Assembly: GCA_951813565.1 (NCBI GenBank)
Contig: OX638351.1
Span: 1,824,001-1,888,000, forward strand
Source: an uncultured Poribacteria bacterium
GTDB taxonomy: Bacteria; Poribacteria; WGA-4E; WGA-3G
Length of the DNA stretch: 64,000 bases
Direction of reading: 5' to 3'
Shown here: one piece after another, positions 50,670-61,067 of the stretch
Layout of the letters: every line of letters begins with the position of its first letter
Position numbering within the stretch: the stretch's first letter is position 1
Made by a program: the position numbers and the translations under genes
Notes under the pieces: generated by a model
What the model was told of the DNA's origin: nothing
Database searches by the model: none
What the model saw: the letters and a program-made list of their open reading frames with translations, nothing else

Positions 50670-51225
50670 TTTGAGCCATCCCCCTTAACCAAGTATAAGG
50701 GTTTTCAACACGGACGCGAAGCTGGCTGCTAAAACGTTGCGCTCTTTTAAGCATTCTATCGTCTGTTGTAAGAAGAATATCTGTATTCACGCTCTCCGCG
50801 CAGGCAATGTGCAATGCGTCCCTATTCTGAAAACCTAATGAGGAAATCTGCTTTCCGCGCAATCTTTCTGGTGCTACAAGGACAGTATAATGCGCGTAAG
50901 TTAGCAATTCTTTTATGTGTAAACGTTGTTTTAGATTCTTATTTTGGTTAACTTCAAATATTAGAACTTCACTGGATACCCACTGCCAATCCATTATGAT
51001 AAAATGAGAAATAATTTCTGCTACTGCTTCAGTTTCTTGGGGGATTCTTGGTTGTGTCTGATCATTAAAGAAACGATTCAAACAACACGTATCAAGATAG
51101 ATTTTCCAGTTTTGAGATGGAGTTTGCACACAATTTACTCTGTTAGACAAATCTGTAGCAGTAAGGATTTTTGTAGAGGAGGATTCAACCTTCTCTACAA
51201 AGGAGAAAAATGTGGGAGAACTCAC
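50656..51225 (-). CDS. PIN-domain (VapC-like) nuclease; start uncertain
   Basis: KIYLDTCCLNRFFNDQTQPRI, DALHIACAE, LLTTDD, VENP. Confidence 0.88.
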   Translation of the reverse strand: MSSPTFFSFVEKVESSSTKILTATDLSNRVNCVQTPSQNWKIYLDTCCLNRFFNDQTQPRIPQETEAVAEIISHFIIMDWQWVSSEVLIFEVNQNKNLKQRLHIKELLTYAHYTVLVAPERLRGKQISSLGFQNRDALHIACAESVNTDILLTTDDRMLKRAQRFSSQLRVRVENPYTWLRGMAQNEQS

Positions 51226-51455
51226 TCACCCTTTAATAATCTAATCGCCTTTGTGCATTCTTCATCGGTGGACGGCGGTGGTGCCGTTTCCAAAAAGTTG
51301 ATAGCATCATCTAATGACGTAGTTTGGGCCGACTTTGGAGGGAGCGGAGATGCCACAGGCACAGTTTCTAAAATTCGGCGAGCTAAGTCAATCCGCGTTT
51401 CAACGTCCCATATTCTCACACGATCAAGAACTTCAAACATCTCATATGTATTCAT
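51222..51455 (-). CDS. Small antitoxin-like protein
   Basis: aaggag RBS upstream; 77 aa; stop overlaps the PIN ORF; has a degraded paralog nearby. Confidence 0.55.
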   Translation of the reverse strand: MNTYEMFEVLDRVRIWDVETRIDLARRILETVPVASPLPPKSAQTTSLDDAINFLETAPPPSTDEECTKAIRLLKGE

Positions 51456-51884
51456 GATATGGTACTCCTTAATAATAGTTTGACATAAAAAACCGATTGC
51501 TTATCCAAACAATTTGGACACAATTATAGTAAAACCTATAATTAATGGGACACTTCTGTAGCGCAAACTTTTAGTTTGCGTCTCATAAGGCACAAACTAA
51601 AAGTTTGTGCTACAACTTCTATTGTCCATTATCTTTCCAAGACAAGTTTATCAAAGTGTCCCAATAATTTCAAAGTTCACTATAAGTAATCGCCAAGTCT
51701 GTGTTCTTAAGTATATGGCGTAGTCTAATGAAATTTGACAATCGAAAGCGGTAATTGAATGCCCAGGGGTTGGGTTTCCCAACTCAATGGGTGCGGTTCC
51801 CCGCACCCTACGATTTTCCAGGTTGTGGAGCCGCTGAGCATACCAAACATGAACGTCAAAATTCATTAGGTGTTTACGCTAATC

Positions 51885-54329
51885 CTACTCACCTTTTTTG
51901 ATAGTCAAGCGATAGTGTTTTCCAATCTTCTTTGTATCAAGAATATCATGCCCATCATTCGTGAGGCTCTTCGGCACGTTCTCAATCGGTTCACCATCAT
52001 CAATGGTAATCTCTAAGAGTTGACCGGCTTGCATCGTTTCCAACCGAACCTTCGCTTGGACGTAGTTGAACGGGCATGCAACACCTTTCAGGTCAAGACT
52101 ATCAGTGATTTCCTCAACAGGTTTCGTTTCCTTAACCACTTTTGGCTTCGGTGCAGGACGCGATCTGCGTGTCTTACGCTTACTTGCTTCCTCTTCCTCC
52201 TGCTTGATACGCATACGGTTATACACGTTATGCGATTCTTCTACGAAGAGAGTAGCTTCTTCTACGCGGCGGTGCGCCAATTCGTGGTCGAAAGTAGAAC
52301 TATCTTCTTCCGTAGCCTTAAACAGATGTGCTCCGAATCCTGCGAAGAAGTTGCCCGGATCAAAGAAATGGGTGCGGAATTCACTGACTGTCGTTGCATC
52401 GTCAATATATTGCAAGCCTACAGTCGTCAAGAGTCCATCCGCGGCTTTGATCATCGCACTAAATGCCTTATCTGCAGATTCTTGGAAGGTTTTATCTTCC
52501 AAGCTCAAACCGGATTCATAGATGAGTCGATCTGCTTCTTCCAACTTCATGGAGACAAGTGCGATTACCTCTCCAGCACACTCACCGACACCGGTTTTGA
52601 GTTGGTAATCTTTCGTGTCACCTGTGTCTATGTAGAATTCCGGTGCTTCCTCGTAGGTAGGAATAGAACGGTACTTGGACAAGATTGCTTTTACCTCCAC
52701 TTTGCCGAGGCGTGCGACATAATCAGTAAAGGTTTCGTCATCTTGCTTTTCATTGACATATTTTCCAGTCAATTCTTCAATGAAAGCCGGAATATATTTG
52801 CCATGAATTTTTCCGGTGGCAAGTCCGTAAGAACTGGCGTTTTCCACCATGTGTCCACCGAGTAGCACAAGGTAGAAGGGAGCGATATGTCCGCCTATTC
52901 TCAGCGAAGAACCGAAGAAGCCAATATTCGCGATGTGGTGTTGTCCGCATGAGTTGGGACATCCGCTAATCTTAATCCGAAAATCTTTGATTTCATCATG
53001 AACACCGGTTTCAATGAAATGGTTTCGCAGATGCGCTGCCAGACCACGCGAAGAAGAAATACCGAGTTTGCAGGAGTCAGTGCCAGGGCAAGCTGTAATA
53101 TCCACTAAGGATTCTGCTCCTGGATCCCCCAGACCGACTGCCTTTAGTTCACGGTAGAGTGCGGGTAAATCAGTCATCGTTACCCAACGCAGGACGATGT
53201 TCTGTTCCACTGTAGCACGGATAGTGTCTTTGACATATTTACGTGAAATATCTGCCAAAGCGCGCGTTTGATCGGCTGTAATATCTCCCAGTGGTAGTGT
53301 AATCGTCACAAAAGCGTATCCGGGCTGACTCTGTAACTGCACATTAGATTGATACCACTCTTCAAATCCTTCAGGTTTCGTGGTGCCGTTGAGTTGTGTC
53401 GGTGGTTTAAGCGGACTTTCATCGTAAGCATCCAGATTGTCAAGATACGCTGTCCATTCAGGATCGTCCCGTAGCGTTTCCCGATCTTCAAGCACCAACT
53501 TGCGAAATTCCTCAATGCCGTGTTTAGCGATGACAAACTTCAGGCGTGCCTTATTCCGATTTCTGCGTTCACCTAAACGGGTGAAGACTCTGCAAATTGA
53601 TTGTGAAATCGGCAGGAGTTCCTCAGCAGGGACAAAATCGTCAAAGATTTTTGCCTGATGCGGGACGGCACCGAGTCCGCCGCCAACGTAGAGTTTGAAG
53701 CCGCGTTTGACTTCACCGTCTACCTCTTTAATCGCAGCAACCGCACCAATGTCGTGCATATTTGCTAAACCGCAGGCATGTTCTTCACATCCAGAAAATG
53801 CAATTTTGAACTTACGACCAAAATTTTCTGCATCCGGGTGTCCTAAAAGGAACGCAGATAACGCTTTAGAATAGGGGGTAACGTCAAATGTCTCATCATG
53901 GCATACACCGCTGAGAGGACATGCTGTAACGTTTCGAACGACATTACCACACGCTTCTTTTGTTGTGATGTCAACGCTTGCGAGGCGACGCATCAACTCA
54001 GAGGTGGTGTTGATGTCTACGTAATGATATTGCACATCTTGACGCGTCGTAATGTGAATGATGTTATCCGAAAATTCTTCGGCAACATCTGCGAGCATTT
54101 CGAGTTGTGCCGCTGTAAGCCCTCCGAAGGGGATCTTGACACGGATCATCTGCGACCGGTCATCGCGCTGTCCGTAAACGCCGCGCCGAAGTCTAAATTC
54201 AGTAAAGGTTGCCTCTTCCACTTGACCGGCTTGGAACCGATCGAGTTGTATCTCATAAATTTCAATTTCGCGGGCAACATCAGCAGGGATTGCCGATGCC
54301 TCGTAAGCTCCCGCGTATTCAATAGCCAT
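51885..54329 (-). CDS. Sirohaem nitrite/sulfite reductase fused to a HEPN-like helical domain and a C-terminal TusA/SirA domain
   Basis: RGVYGQR, TTRQD, RKFKIAFSGC, CPGTDSC, SGCPNSCG; C-terminal LDLKGVACPFNYV...DDGEPIENVP. Confidence 0.9.
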   Translation of the reverse strand: MAIEYAGAYEASAIPADVAREIEIYEIQLDRFQAGQVEEATFTEFRLRRGVYGQRDDRSQMIRVKIPFGGLTAAQLEMLADVAEEFSDNIIHITTRQDVQYHYVDINTTSELMRRLASVDITTKEACGNVVRNVTACPLSGVCHDETFDVTPYSKALSAFLLGHPDAENFGRKFKIAFSGCEEHACGLANMHDIGAVAAIKEVDGEVKRGFKLYVGGGLGAVPHQAKIFDDFVPAEELLPISQSICRVFTRLGERRNRNKARLKFVIAKHGIEEFRKLVLEDRETLRDDPEWTAYLDNLDAYDESPLKPPTQLNGTTKPEGFEEWYQSNVQLQSQPGYAFVTITLPLGDITADQTRALADISRKYVKDTIRATVEQNIVLRWVTMTDLPALYRELKAVGLGDPGAESLVDITACPGTDSCKLGISSSRGLAAHLRNHFIETGVHDEIKDFRIKISGCPNSCGQHHIANIGFFGSSLRIGGHIAPFYLVLLGGHMVENASSYGLATGKIHGKYIPAFIEELTGKYVNEKQDDETFTDYVARLGKVEVKAILSKYRSIPTYEEAPEFYIDTGDTKDYQLKTGVGECAGEVIALVSMKLEEADRLIYESGLSLEDKTFQESADKAFSAMIKAADGLLTTVGLQYIDDATTVSEFRTHFFDPGNFFAGFGAHLFKATEEDSSTFDHELAHRRVEEATLFVEESHNVYNRMRIKQEEEEASKRKTRRSRPAPKPKVVKETKPVEEITDSLDLKGVACPFNYVQAKVRLETMQAGQLLEITIDDGEPIENVPKSLTNDGHDILDTKKIGKHYRLTIKKGE

Positions 54330-54572
54330 TCTATACTCCTTATAACCTCATTTTATACAAATCAACGCCAGGTGCGCCAAATCAACGGTATGAATGCCTG
54401 CAGGCATTCCCCGTATGGCACACTTGTCGGGGCATTAATCAATGTTCGATAACTTTATTTGGATAAAACTTGCCAGACAACAGTGATGCAGAGTTGCGTG
54501 CCGTTAGAAATCTTTTATTAAATAAAGTAGTATACTCTAAAAAGGAATTAAAATCAAGCGCAATTTTTGAAT

Positions 54573-55667
54573 TTAAGTTTTTGAGGCATCTCCCCAATCC
54601 GGAATTTGGAGTAGTTCACCATCTTTAAGGGCTGATTCATGTGCTACGAGTCCCGGTGCACAGTACCGAACTGCTTCCCAAACATTGACGCGTGGTAACC
54701 GCTGCTGGTTGACTGAATCCACAAATTCATGCACCAAATAAGCGTGCGAACCACCGTGCCCACCTAAATTCTCTGCAAGTGCGTCAGGAAGATGTTCATG
54801 CATCTGGGTGGGTTGGACGTTCTCCGTTCTGTGCTTCTCTGCCCACACACTACCTGCAAGACTCTGCTCGTAACTCCCTTCTGTTCCATAGATACCACTG
54901 ACGCGTTCAGATCCGGGGTGTCCAATCCGTCGGAACTCACAGATTTGCATTGTCGAACCGTTGCTCATTGTGAAAAGTCCTACTTCGTTAGAGAACGGAT
55001 TCTTGTGAATGGTATCCTCCCGAAACCAATCGTCGTTTGGATAGATATATCCTTGTGCGGAAACTGATGTTGCGTGCGCCTTCATTACGGAAATAGGAAA
55101 ACAGGTTGAATGGGTTGGATAGTACATCGGGATTCCACCGCTTTTGTCTATGCTCCACTGATCACCCCACCGATTTTTTGCTACATCGTAAAGACCGTGG
55201 CTAATGTCATGAAAATACTCAGCGCGACAGTGAACAAACTCACCAAACGCACCTTCTGCCGCTTTCTGACGGCAAAAGGCTGCCTCTGGACGAAAATAAC
55301 TTGTCTCGCCGTTCATGTAGATCATTCCAGTCTTTTCAACGGTTCTGACCAACTGCTCACATTCATCCAATGACACAGCTGCAGGCACAGCAGTGTAGAC
55401 ATGCTTTCCTGCTTCCATCGCTTGAATAGCCTGTGGCGCGTGCATCCAGTGTTGCGTGATGATGACAAGCGCATCCAAATCCGATTTACAGATTTCGTCA
55501 AGACTTGAATACGTCTCGGTAATCTCAAAGTCTTTTGCCCATTTTGATAAGCGCTCCGAACGTAAATCGCATAAAGCAAGCCGATGGACGTCTGGATGTG
55601 CTTTATAGGATTGGATAAATGAGGGACCGAACATCCCTAAACCAACCATTCCGACACTGATACTCAT
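54573..55667 (-). CDS. Gfo/Idh/MocA oxidoreductase
   Basis: VGLGMFG, GKHVYTAVP, YPTHS, GHGGSH. Confidence 0.9.
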   Translation of the reverse strand: MSISVGMVGLGMFGPSFIQSYKAHPDVHRLALCDLRSERLSKWAKDFEITETYSSLDEICKSDLDALVIITQHWMHAPQAIQAMEAGKHVYTAVPAAVSLDECEQLVRTVEKTGMIYMNGETSYFRPEAAFCRQKAAEGAFGEFVHCRAEYFHDISHGLYDVAKNRWGDQWSIDKSGGIPMYYPTHSTCFPISVMKAHATSVSAQGYIYPNDDWFREDTIHKNPFSNEVGLFTMSNGSTMQICEFRRIGHPGSERVSGIYGTEGSYEQSLAGSVWAEKHRTENVQPTQMHEHLPDALAENLGGHGGSHAYLVHEFVDSVNQQRLPRVNVWEAVRYCAPGLVAHESALKDGELLQIPDWGDASKT

Positions 55668-55860
55668 CTGATTATTCCTCGTTCACAAACCTTGTAGATT
55701 AGATTTATACCAATTCCATTTACTTAGAAGCGTTTTGAAAGTTAATTGCTCTCGGATTTTGGGTGCTAAAAAAATGCACCTACAAAAGAGTGGCGTGAGT
55801 CTTAAGTGGTGCAAAAATAGCATGTATCATGATTGCTGTCAAGTGAATTTCAGATATTTG

Positions 55861-55890
55861 TTGACAAAACCACAACTAACCATATAGAAT
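55861..55890 (+). promoter_or_regulatory. Putative sigma70 promoter
   Basis: TTGACA-18 nt-TAGAAT upstream of the gene at 55936. Confidence 0.45.
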
Positions 55891-55935
55891 CGTATTATTA
55901 TAGTCTATTTTCACCTATTGGAAGGAATTCAAAAA

Positions 55936-57015
55936 ATGGCATTAAAAGTTGGCGTAGTCGGCATGAGTGGAATTGGGAATAATCATGCTAATTGCCACGC
56001 AAATAATGATTTAGCAGAACTTGTTGCAGTATGCGATATTATGAAAGAGCGCGCGGACAGCGCAGCAGAACGTCTCGGTGTGAAAGCCTATTACAGTTTG
56101 GCAGACATGATTGATGGCGAACCGGACCTTGACATCGTTGACGTTACTACAGGCGGAAATGAGAACGGTAGTTGGCACTATGAACCGACGATGGAAGCAC
56201 TTGAGAACGGAAAACACGTTCTCGTCGAAAAACCGATCTCTAACGATATAGGACAGGCACGTGAGATGGTGGCAAAAGCAACGGAAATGGATCTCTACCT
56301 CGGATGCAATCTGAACCATTACTTCACACCGCCTGCTGAACAAGCAAAGAATTATATTGACAACGGACAGATCGGTGAGATGGTCTACGTCCTTCATAAA
56401 ATGGGGTTTGCTGGTGGGGAATTCAACTACAGTTATTCAAAAGCCCCGCGTTCCGACGGTTTCCCCTATTTTCACGTGAAAGCGTTTCTTTCACATCCGT
56501 TCAGTGTGATGCGTCATTTCTGCGGGGATGTGACACATGTGCAAGCTTTTATGGAACGCCCACATTTTCGGCGCCGTGAAGGCGATCTAATGGTTTCTAT
56601 TAATAGTATTCACCTCCGTTTTGAAAACGGTTGTATCGGCTATCTACTAAGCCAACGCGGAGATGCTACGTTTGGACTCGGCGGGTGGTGGAGCGTTGAA
56701 CTTGCTGGCACACGCGGCACATTCTGTATTGAAAACTGTATCGAAAAGATTACTTTCTGGCCCTCCCCCGGGGCACCTGAAGGAGGAGAAACAGTCGTGA
56801 CCGAATCAGGCATCAGCGACTTTGGGCAGACCTTTCCGTTAAGGATTCATGCGTTTTTAGAAGACATCACAAATGGCGTGCCGAAAGAGAAGATACGCGC
56901 TTCAGGCAGAGATGCGCTCGCTGCACTTGAATACACATGGGCGGCGATGGAATCTTATGAACAGGGTGGTATTTTGGTACGTCCGCATCCCCTTCCCACA
57001 ATGAGCGGACTGTAA
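55936..57015 (+). CDS. Gfo/Idh/MocA oxidoreductase
   Basis: VGVVGMSGIG, GKHVLVEKP. Confidence 0.92.
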   Translation: MALKVGVVGMSGIGNNHANCHANNDLAELVAVCDIMKERADSAAERLGVKAYYSLADMIDGEPDLDIVDVTTGGNENGSWHYEPTMEALENGKHVLVEKPISNDIGQAREMVAKATEMDLYLGCNLNHYFTPPAEQAKNYIDNGQIGEMVYVLHKMGFAGGEFNYSYSKAPRSDGFPYFHVKAFLSHPFSVMRHFCGDVTHVQAFMERPHFRRREGDLMVSINSIHLRFENGCIGYLLSQRGDATFGLGGWWSVELAGTRGTFCIENCIEKITFWPSPGAPEGGETVVTESGISDFGQTFPLRIHAFLEDITNGVPKEKIRASGRDALAALEYTWAAMESYEQGGILVRPHPLPTMSGL

Positions 57016-57474
57016 AGTAAACAATCGGAACAGAAACTACGGGCCTTATAGTGAAACCCATAATTATTTTTATGTTTTGTTCTTATATGAATTTCAAACA
57101 TAGCATGAATGTCCGAGGCGCAATGAATTGCGCTTGGTGAATGCGCGTCCGGCATTCACATTAAACGCTGCTAACCTAAAGAAAATGTAAAGGTATTTTT
57201 AGATTTTACTAGTGGAGTGTCTACCGAAATTTTGCGGGTAAAGGTCGCGATTCGGAGATCGCTCCTACAGAACACTAGAGCATCTCATAAATCATTTGTA
57301 GGGCGAGGTCCCTGTGCCTCGCCATCTCTCTCATAAGTGTAAACAATGGGCGGGCACAGGGACCCGCCCCTACGATGAATGTAGAACCTGTGTAAGGAAC
57401 CGTATTTAACGATTTATGAGATAGACTGTATAAAAATTCGTCCTCACGGCTTTACATAAAAGGAGAAAAAACAT

Positions 57475-58272
57475 TTGAAATTAGGAGCAAATTCGGTGCT
57501 GTTTGGCGGTTACAATATGGAAACCGCCTTTAAGCATATCGCCATGGCTGGCTACGATGGCATTGAACTTTCTGCGATTGATGGGATGAGCCAGCATTTG
57601 GTTCTCGCGAACTGGCAGGAACTCGCTGATGACATTAAACGCCTATCAAAAGAATATGACCTTGAGTTGTTAGCAATGGAACAACCCTCACGCGATCCTG
57701 AAAGGATGGAATTGGCATTTCAAGCGGCTGCTGAGATAGGTATCCCAATTGTTAACTGTGGCCCCGGTGGTTCGTCAGACGATGAATCTGCGTGGTCCGG
57801 GGTTATTGATTCTCTGGGCAGTCTCTCTGAACGGGCAGAACACTACGGTGTGACGCTATGTGTCAAAGCACATGTCGGTGCAAGCATCTATAATACGCCT
57901 ACAACTCTCCGCGTTATGGAAGAGATTTCATCGCCCGCATTTGGTATTGATATGGATCCATCACATATTCATCGCGCAGGTGAAAATCCTGTGGAAGCGA
58001 TTGCTGCTGTTGTTTCACGCGTGAAACACGTGCATATCCGAGATTGCAAAGGTACGCAACGCGGCCCTGGCAATCCCGAGTTGCAAGCGAATGGACGTGG
58101 AGACATTGACCTTGTCGGTTACATCCGTGTCCTACATGAAAATGGTTATACGGGCCCCCTGAACCTTGAAGTTATTGGGGCTAAAGAATATAGCATGGAG
58201 CAGTGTTGCACAATTGCTGCAGAATCGCGTGGACACATGCAAGCGTGTTTGCAAGCGTGTGGTGCGCGTTAA
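57475..58272 (+). CDS. Sugar phosphate isomerase/epimerase
   Basis: GYDGIEL, MDPSH, HVHIRD, GYTGPLNLE; TTG start with aaggag RBS. Confidence 0.88.
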   Translation: MKLGANSVLFGGYNMETAFKHIAMAGYDGIELSAIDGMSQHLVLANWQELADDIKRLSKEYDLELLAMEQPSRDPERMELAFQAAAEIGIPIVNCGPGGSSDDESAWSGVIDSLGSLSERAEHYGVTLCVKAHVGASIYNTPTTLRVMEEISSPAFGIDMDPSHIHRAGENPVEAIAAVVSRVKHVHIRDCKGTQRGPGNPELQANGRGDIDLVGYIRVLHENGYTGPLNLEVIGAKEYSMEQCCTIAAESRGHMQACLQACGAR

Positions 58273-58340
58273 TTCCTAAATCTGGTAGGCGGGTTAATAA
58301 CCTGCCTACTACTAAACTTTAGCTTTATGAGGAACCCACC

Positions 58341-58871
58341 ATGAAACAGAATTCACTTATACTCCCAATAGTAGGTGGAGGCGTTGCCTTTCTCTGCTTC
58401 TTTTTTCCATGGATTGCATTTGACATGTCATCTCTTGATTTAGACTTAGTAATCTCCCAATTGGAGGGATCCATAACAATTGCAGGCTTCAGGATGGCAA
58501 TAAGCGGTGGAAATCTGTTCACCAGCATTGCCTTTCTCGCCACATTGACAATTCTTGGTGTGTGCATTTATATGTTGAACCAAAAAACGCCTTGGAAAGC
58601 CAGAAGCCCAGTGCTAATTAGCAGTGGAATAGGATTATTATTTATGGTTTTCACATTAATCCAATTTTTCCCAGGAGCTAATCCTGACTTGCGTATGGTG
58701 TCCGACATGTTAAAATCTACTGACTTCAAAATAGATATGAGTAAACTAATCAGTCCGCAATTCGGCGGATTTGGTGTGGCGATTGGATTTATTGTAGCGC
58801 TTATCGGAGCATGGAACATTCCAAAATCTGATACTTCTATGAAAAATAACGAGCAAGAGGTTACCGCATAG
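58341..58871 (+). CDS. Four-TM hypothetical membrane protein, tandem paralog 1
   Basis: CFFFPWI...TPWK...QFGGFG...IGAWNIP. Confidence 0.75.
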   Translation: MKQNSLILPIVGGGVAFLCFFFPWIAFDMSSLDLDLVISQLEGSITIAGFRMAISGGNLFTSIAFLATLTILGVCIYMLNQKTPWKARSPVLISSGIGLLFMVFTLIQFFPGANPDLRMVSDMLKSTDFKIDMSKLISPQFGGFGVAIGFIVALIGAWNIPKSDTSMKNNEQEVTA

Positions 58872-58941
58872 AAAAACAATTCAGCGGATATGTGGCGGGA
58901 ATATAGCCTTCTGATTTGTCAGCGGATTATGTTCCTGTCTA

Positions 58942-59451
58942 TTGCAATCAATTGATATTCAAAAGAAAATGAAACGTTATTCACGATTTCTTATGTTAAC
59001 AGGCGGGATTTTGACAACGTTCTGCTTTTTTATACCATGGATGAAATTGAACTTACCATCCGAAACTGGTATGTTGTTAGTCCCCAAAAAAATGGGTATT
59101 CGGACAGTAACAGGAGACGCAAACGTTGCCACTTTTGCCTTCATTGCCGCATTGGTAATTCTTGGTATATCCATTCACTATATGTTGACCCAGAAGATAC
59201 CATGGAAATTCAGAACCGCTACTCAAATTAGTTGTATTATTGGGGTCTTATGTATTCTCTTTACACTCATGCAATTTGTTCAATGGTATAGACCTTACAC
59301 GAGCATAGTTATTGGTACATACTTAGCTAAAAATCCACAGGCAGAATTTGATCTATATAAAATACATAGGATTCAATTAGGTGGATATGGGGCAGTTATT
59401 GGGTTCATTCTTGCTTATATCGGGGCATGCAACATCCCAAATCGGACTTAA
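58942..59451 (+). CDS. Four-TM hypothetical membrane protein, tandem paralog 2 (start probably ATG ~58969)
   Basis: CFFIPWM...IPWK...QLGGYG...IGACNIP. Confidence 0.75.
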   Translation: MQSIDIQKKMKRYSRFLMLTGGILTTFCFFIPWMKLNLPSETGMLLVPKKMGIRTVTGDANVATFAFIAALVILGISIHYMLTQKIPWKFRTATQISCIIGVLCILFTLMQFVQWYRPYTSIVIGTYLAKNPQAEFDLYKIHRIQLGGYGAVIGFILAYIGACNIPNRT

Positions 59452-59498
59452 TTTAGCAGTGAAGAAGACGAAAACACGGATTCTCAAGGAGATGAAGA

Positions 59499-60062
59499 AT
59501 GAAACAGCATTCAATTTTAATAACATTTATAGGTGGAATTTTGGCGTTGTGTTGTTTTGCGCTGCCATGGGTTACATTTACACAGGGCGGCTATAAAAAA
59601 AGCTGGGAAACCGACGTGAGAACTGAAAAAATAGGGAGTGCCACTGCCAGATTCAGCAGACCTGTCACAGAACAGGAAACAATAATAAAGGGTGCTCCCA
59701 GTACTCATCACAGTTATTTAGGTTTTAAAATTGCTACAAAAGGAAATTTAATCACGCTTGTCTTCGCTACAACCATTGTCACCGTCGGTTGCAGTGTCTA
59801 TATGCTGATTCAACGAACACCGGGGAAATCTAAACTACTTGTTCTCATCAGCAGCGGGTTTGGATTCGGCTGTCTTCTACTTACATTTTTACTGGTCATG
59901 GTAATAAGTGGCATCGGGCTTCGTAGCGTTGGGAACACAACTTACACTGTAAATGGAAATATCCAATTTGGTGGGTTTGGGACAGTGGTTGGGTTTGTTA
60001 TTGCATTTATCGGCGCATGGAACATTCCTAAACCAAACGCTTCCATAGAGAACAATGTATAG
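59499..60062 (+). CDS. Four-TM hypothetical membrane protein, tandem paralog 3
   Basis: CFALPWV...TPGK...QFGGFG...IGAWNIP. Confidence 0.75.
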   Translation: MKQHSILITFIGGILALCCFALPWVTFTQGGYKKSWETDVRTEKIGSATARFSRPVTEQETIIKGAPSTHHSYLGFKIATKGNLITLVFATTIVTVGCSVYMLIQRTPGKSKLLVLISSGFGFGCLLLTFLLVMVISGIGLRSVGNTTYTVNGNIQFGGFGTVVGFVIAFIGAWNIPKPNASIENNV

Positions 60063-60200
60063 ATACTTCGTCAAGAGGAATGTATTCTTTATAAACGAAA
60101 TCAAACATAACCCTTTTTTGTAAGAGCGGTTCCAGATCGCGACCACTAAATCACAAATTTGGGTAGACGTAACGTTACTGTGTCTGAATGCGGAAATGAT

Positions 60201-60395
60201 ATGCAACAGCATTCGCGGTTAATCACGCTAATTGTCGGTGCCGCTATTTATATGTTAAACCGACAAACTCCGTGGAAATCTATACCGACCTTGGTAGTCC
60301 TCATTAGCAGTAGCATTGGACTCATCTGCTTTTTTATCTTATTTTTTAGTGGAAGTCTTGCCATTGGTTCTGGCGGGTGTGTAAAGTTTTTGTAG
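60201..60395 (+). pseudogene. Internally deleted fourth paralog
   Basis: MQQHSRLITLIVG joined directly to IYMLNRQTPWKS; C-terminal motif missing. Confidence 0.6.
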
Positions 60396-61067
60396 AAATC
60401 CGCACAACTCCTATTGTAGGGGCGGGTCTCCGGGGAATGCCAAAAGGCATTCGGACCGTTGATTTGGTGCCTGCCCGTTGCATGGCACGTCCTGCACAGT
60501 GGCGGGGCACAGGGACCCCGCCCATAGGCATCAATTTAAGCACACAATTACCAGATTGCCTCTTGTGGGAGGGCTTTATAAGCCCGATTTATATGTATTT
60601 ATCGGGGTTGAAAACCCGACAAATGCCAAAAAGCGCATTTGGCGTTGATTTGGCAGCATGCCAAACGCGCATGCTGCGTTGATTCGCTCCCACAAGAGGG
60701 TATATCCTTAAATTGACACCTATGGGGCACAGGGACCCCGCTCTACAGTGGAAAACGCCGCGTAATCATTGCAAATTGAACCTATGTAACCAAATATTTA
60801 CACACCCGTTCTGGCAATAGGGTTGACAATACTCAATATGGTGCATCTCTGACTGCAATAGGATAACTCTTGCTATGGTCGGATTATTGTGTTTTCCGCA
60901 AACTGAAAAGAGTTCTGAATCTGACGATGGACAGGAAAGCGATACGAATCCTTGAACCAAATCGATAATTTCGTGGTAAGCAGACATGAACTAAATATAC
61001 GGTTGATCTTTTACATTCACTAATACCAACCGTATATTCATTGTTACGCTCGGAATTTGTAAAACTG

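Noticed and set aside
52020..52865. 281-aa plus-strand ORF
   Set aside because: Antisense to the reductase gene
60766..60987. 73-aa Cys-containing ORF
   Set aside because: No RBS or family motif recognised; coding status unsupported
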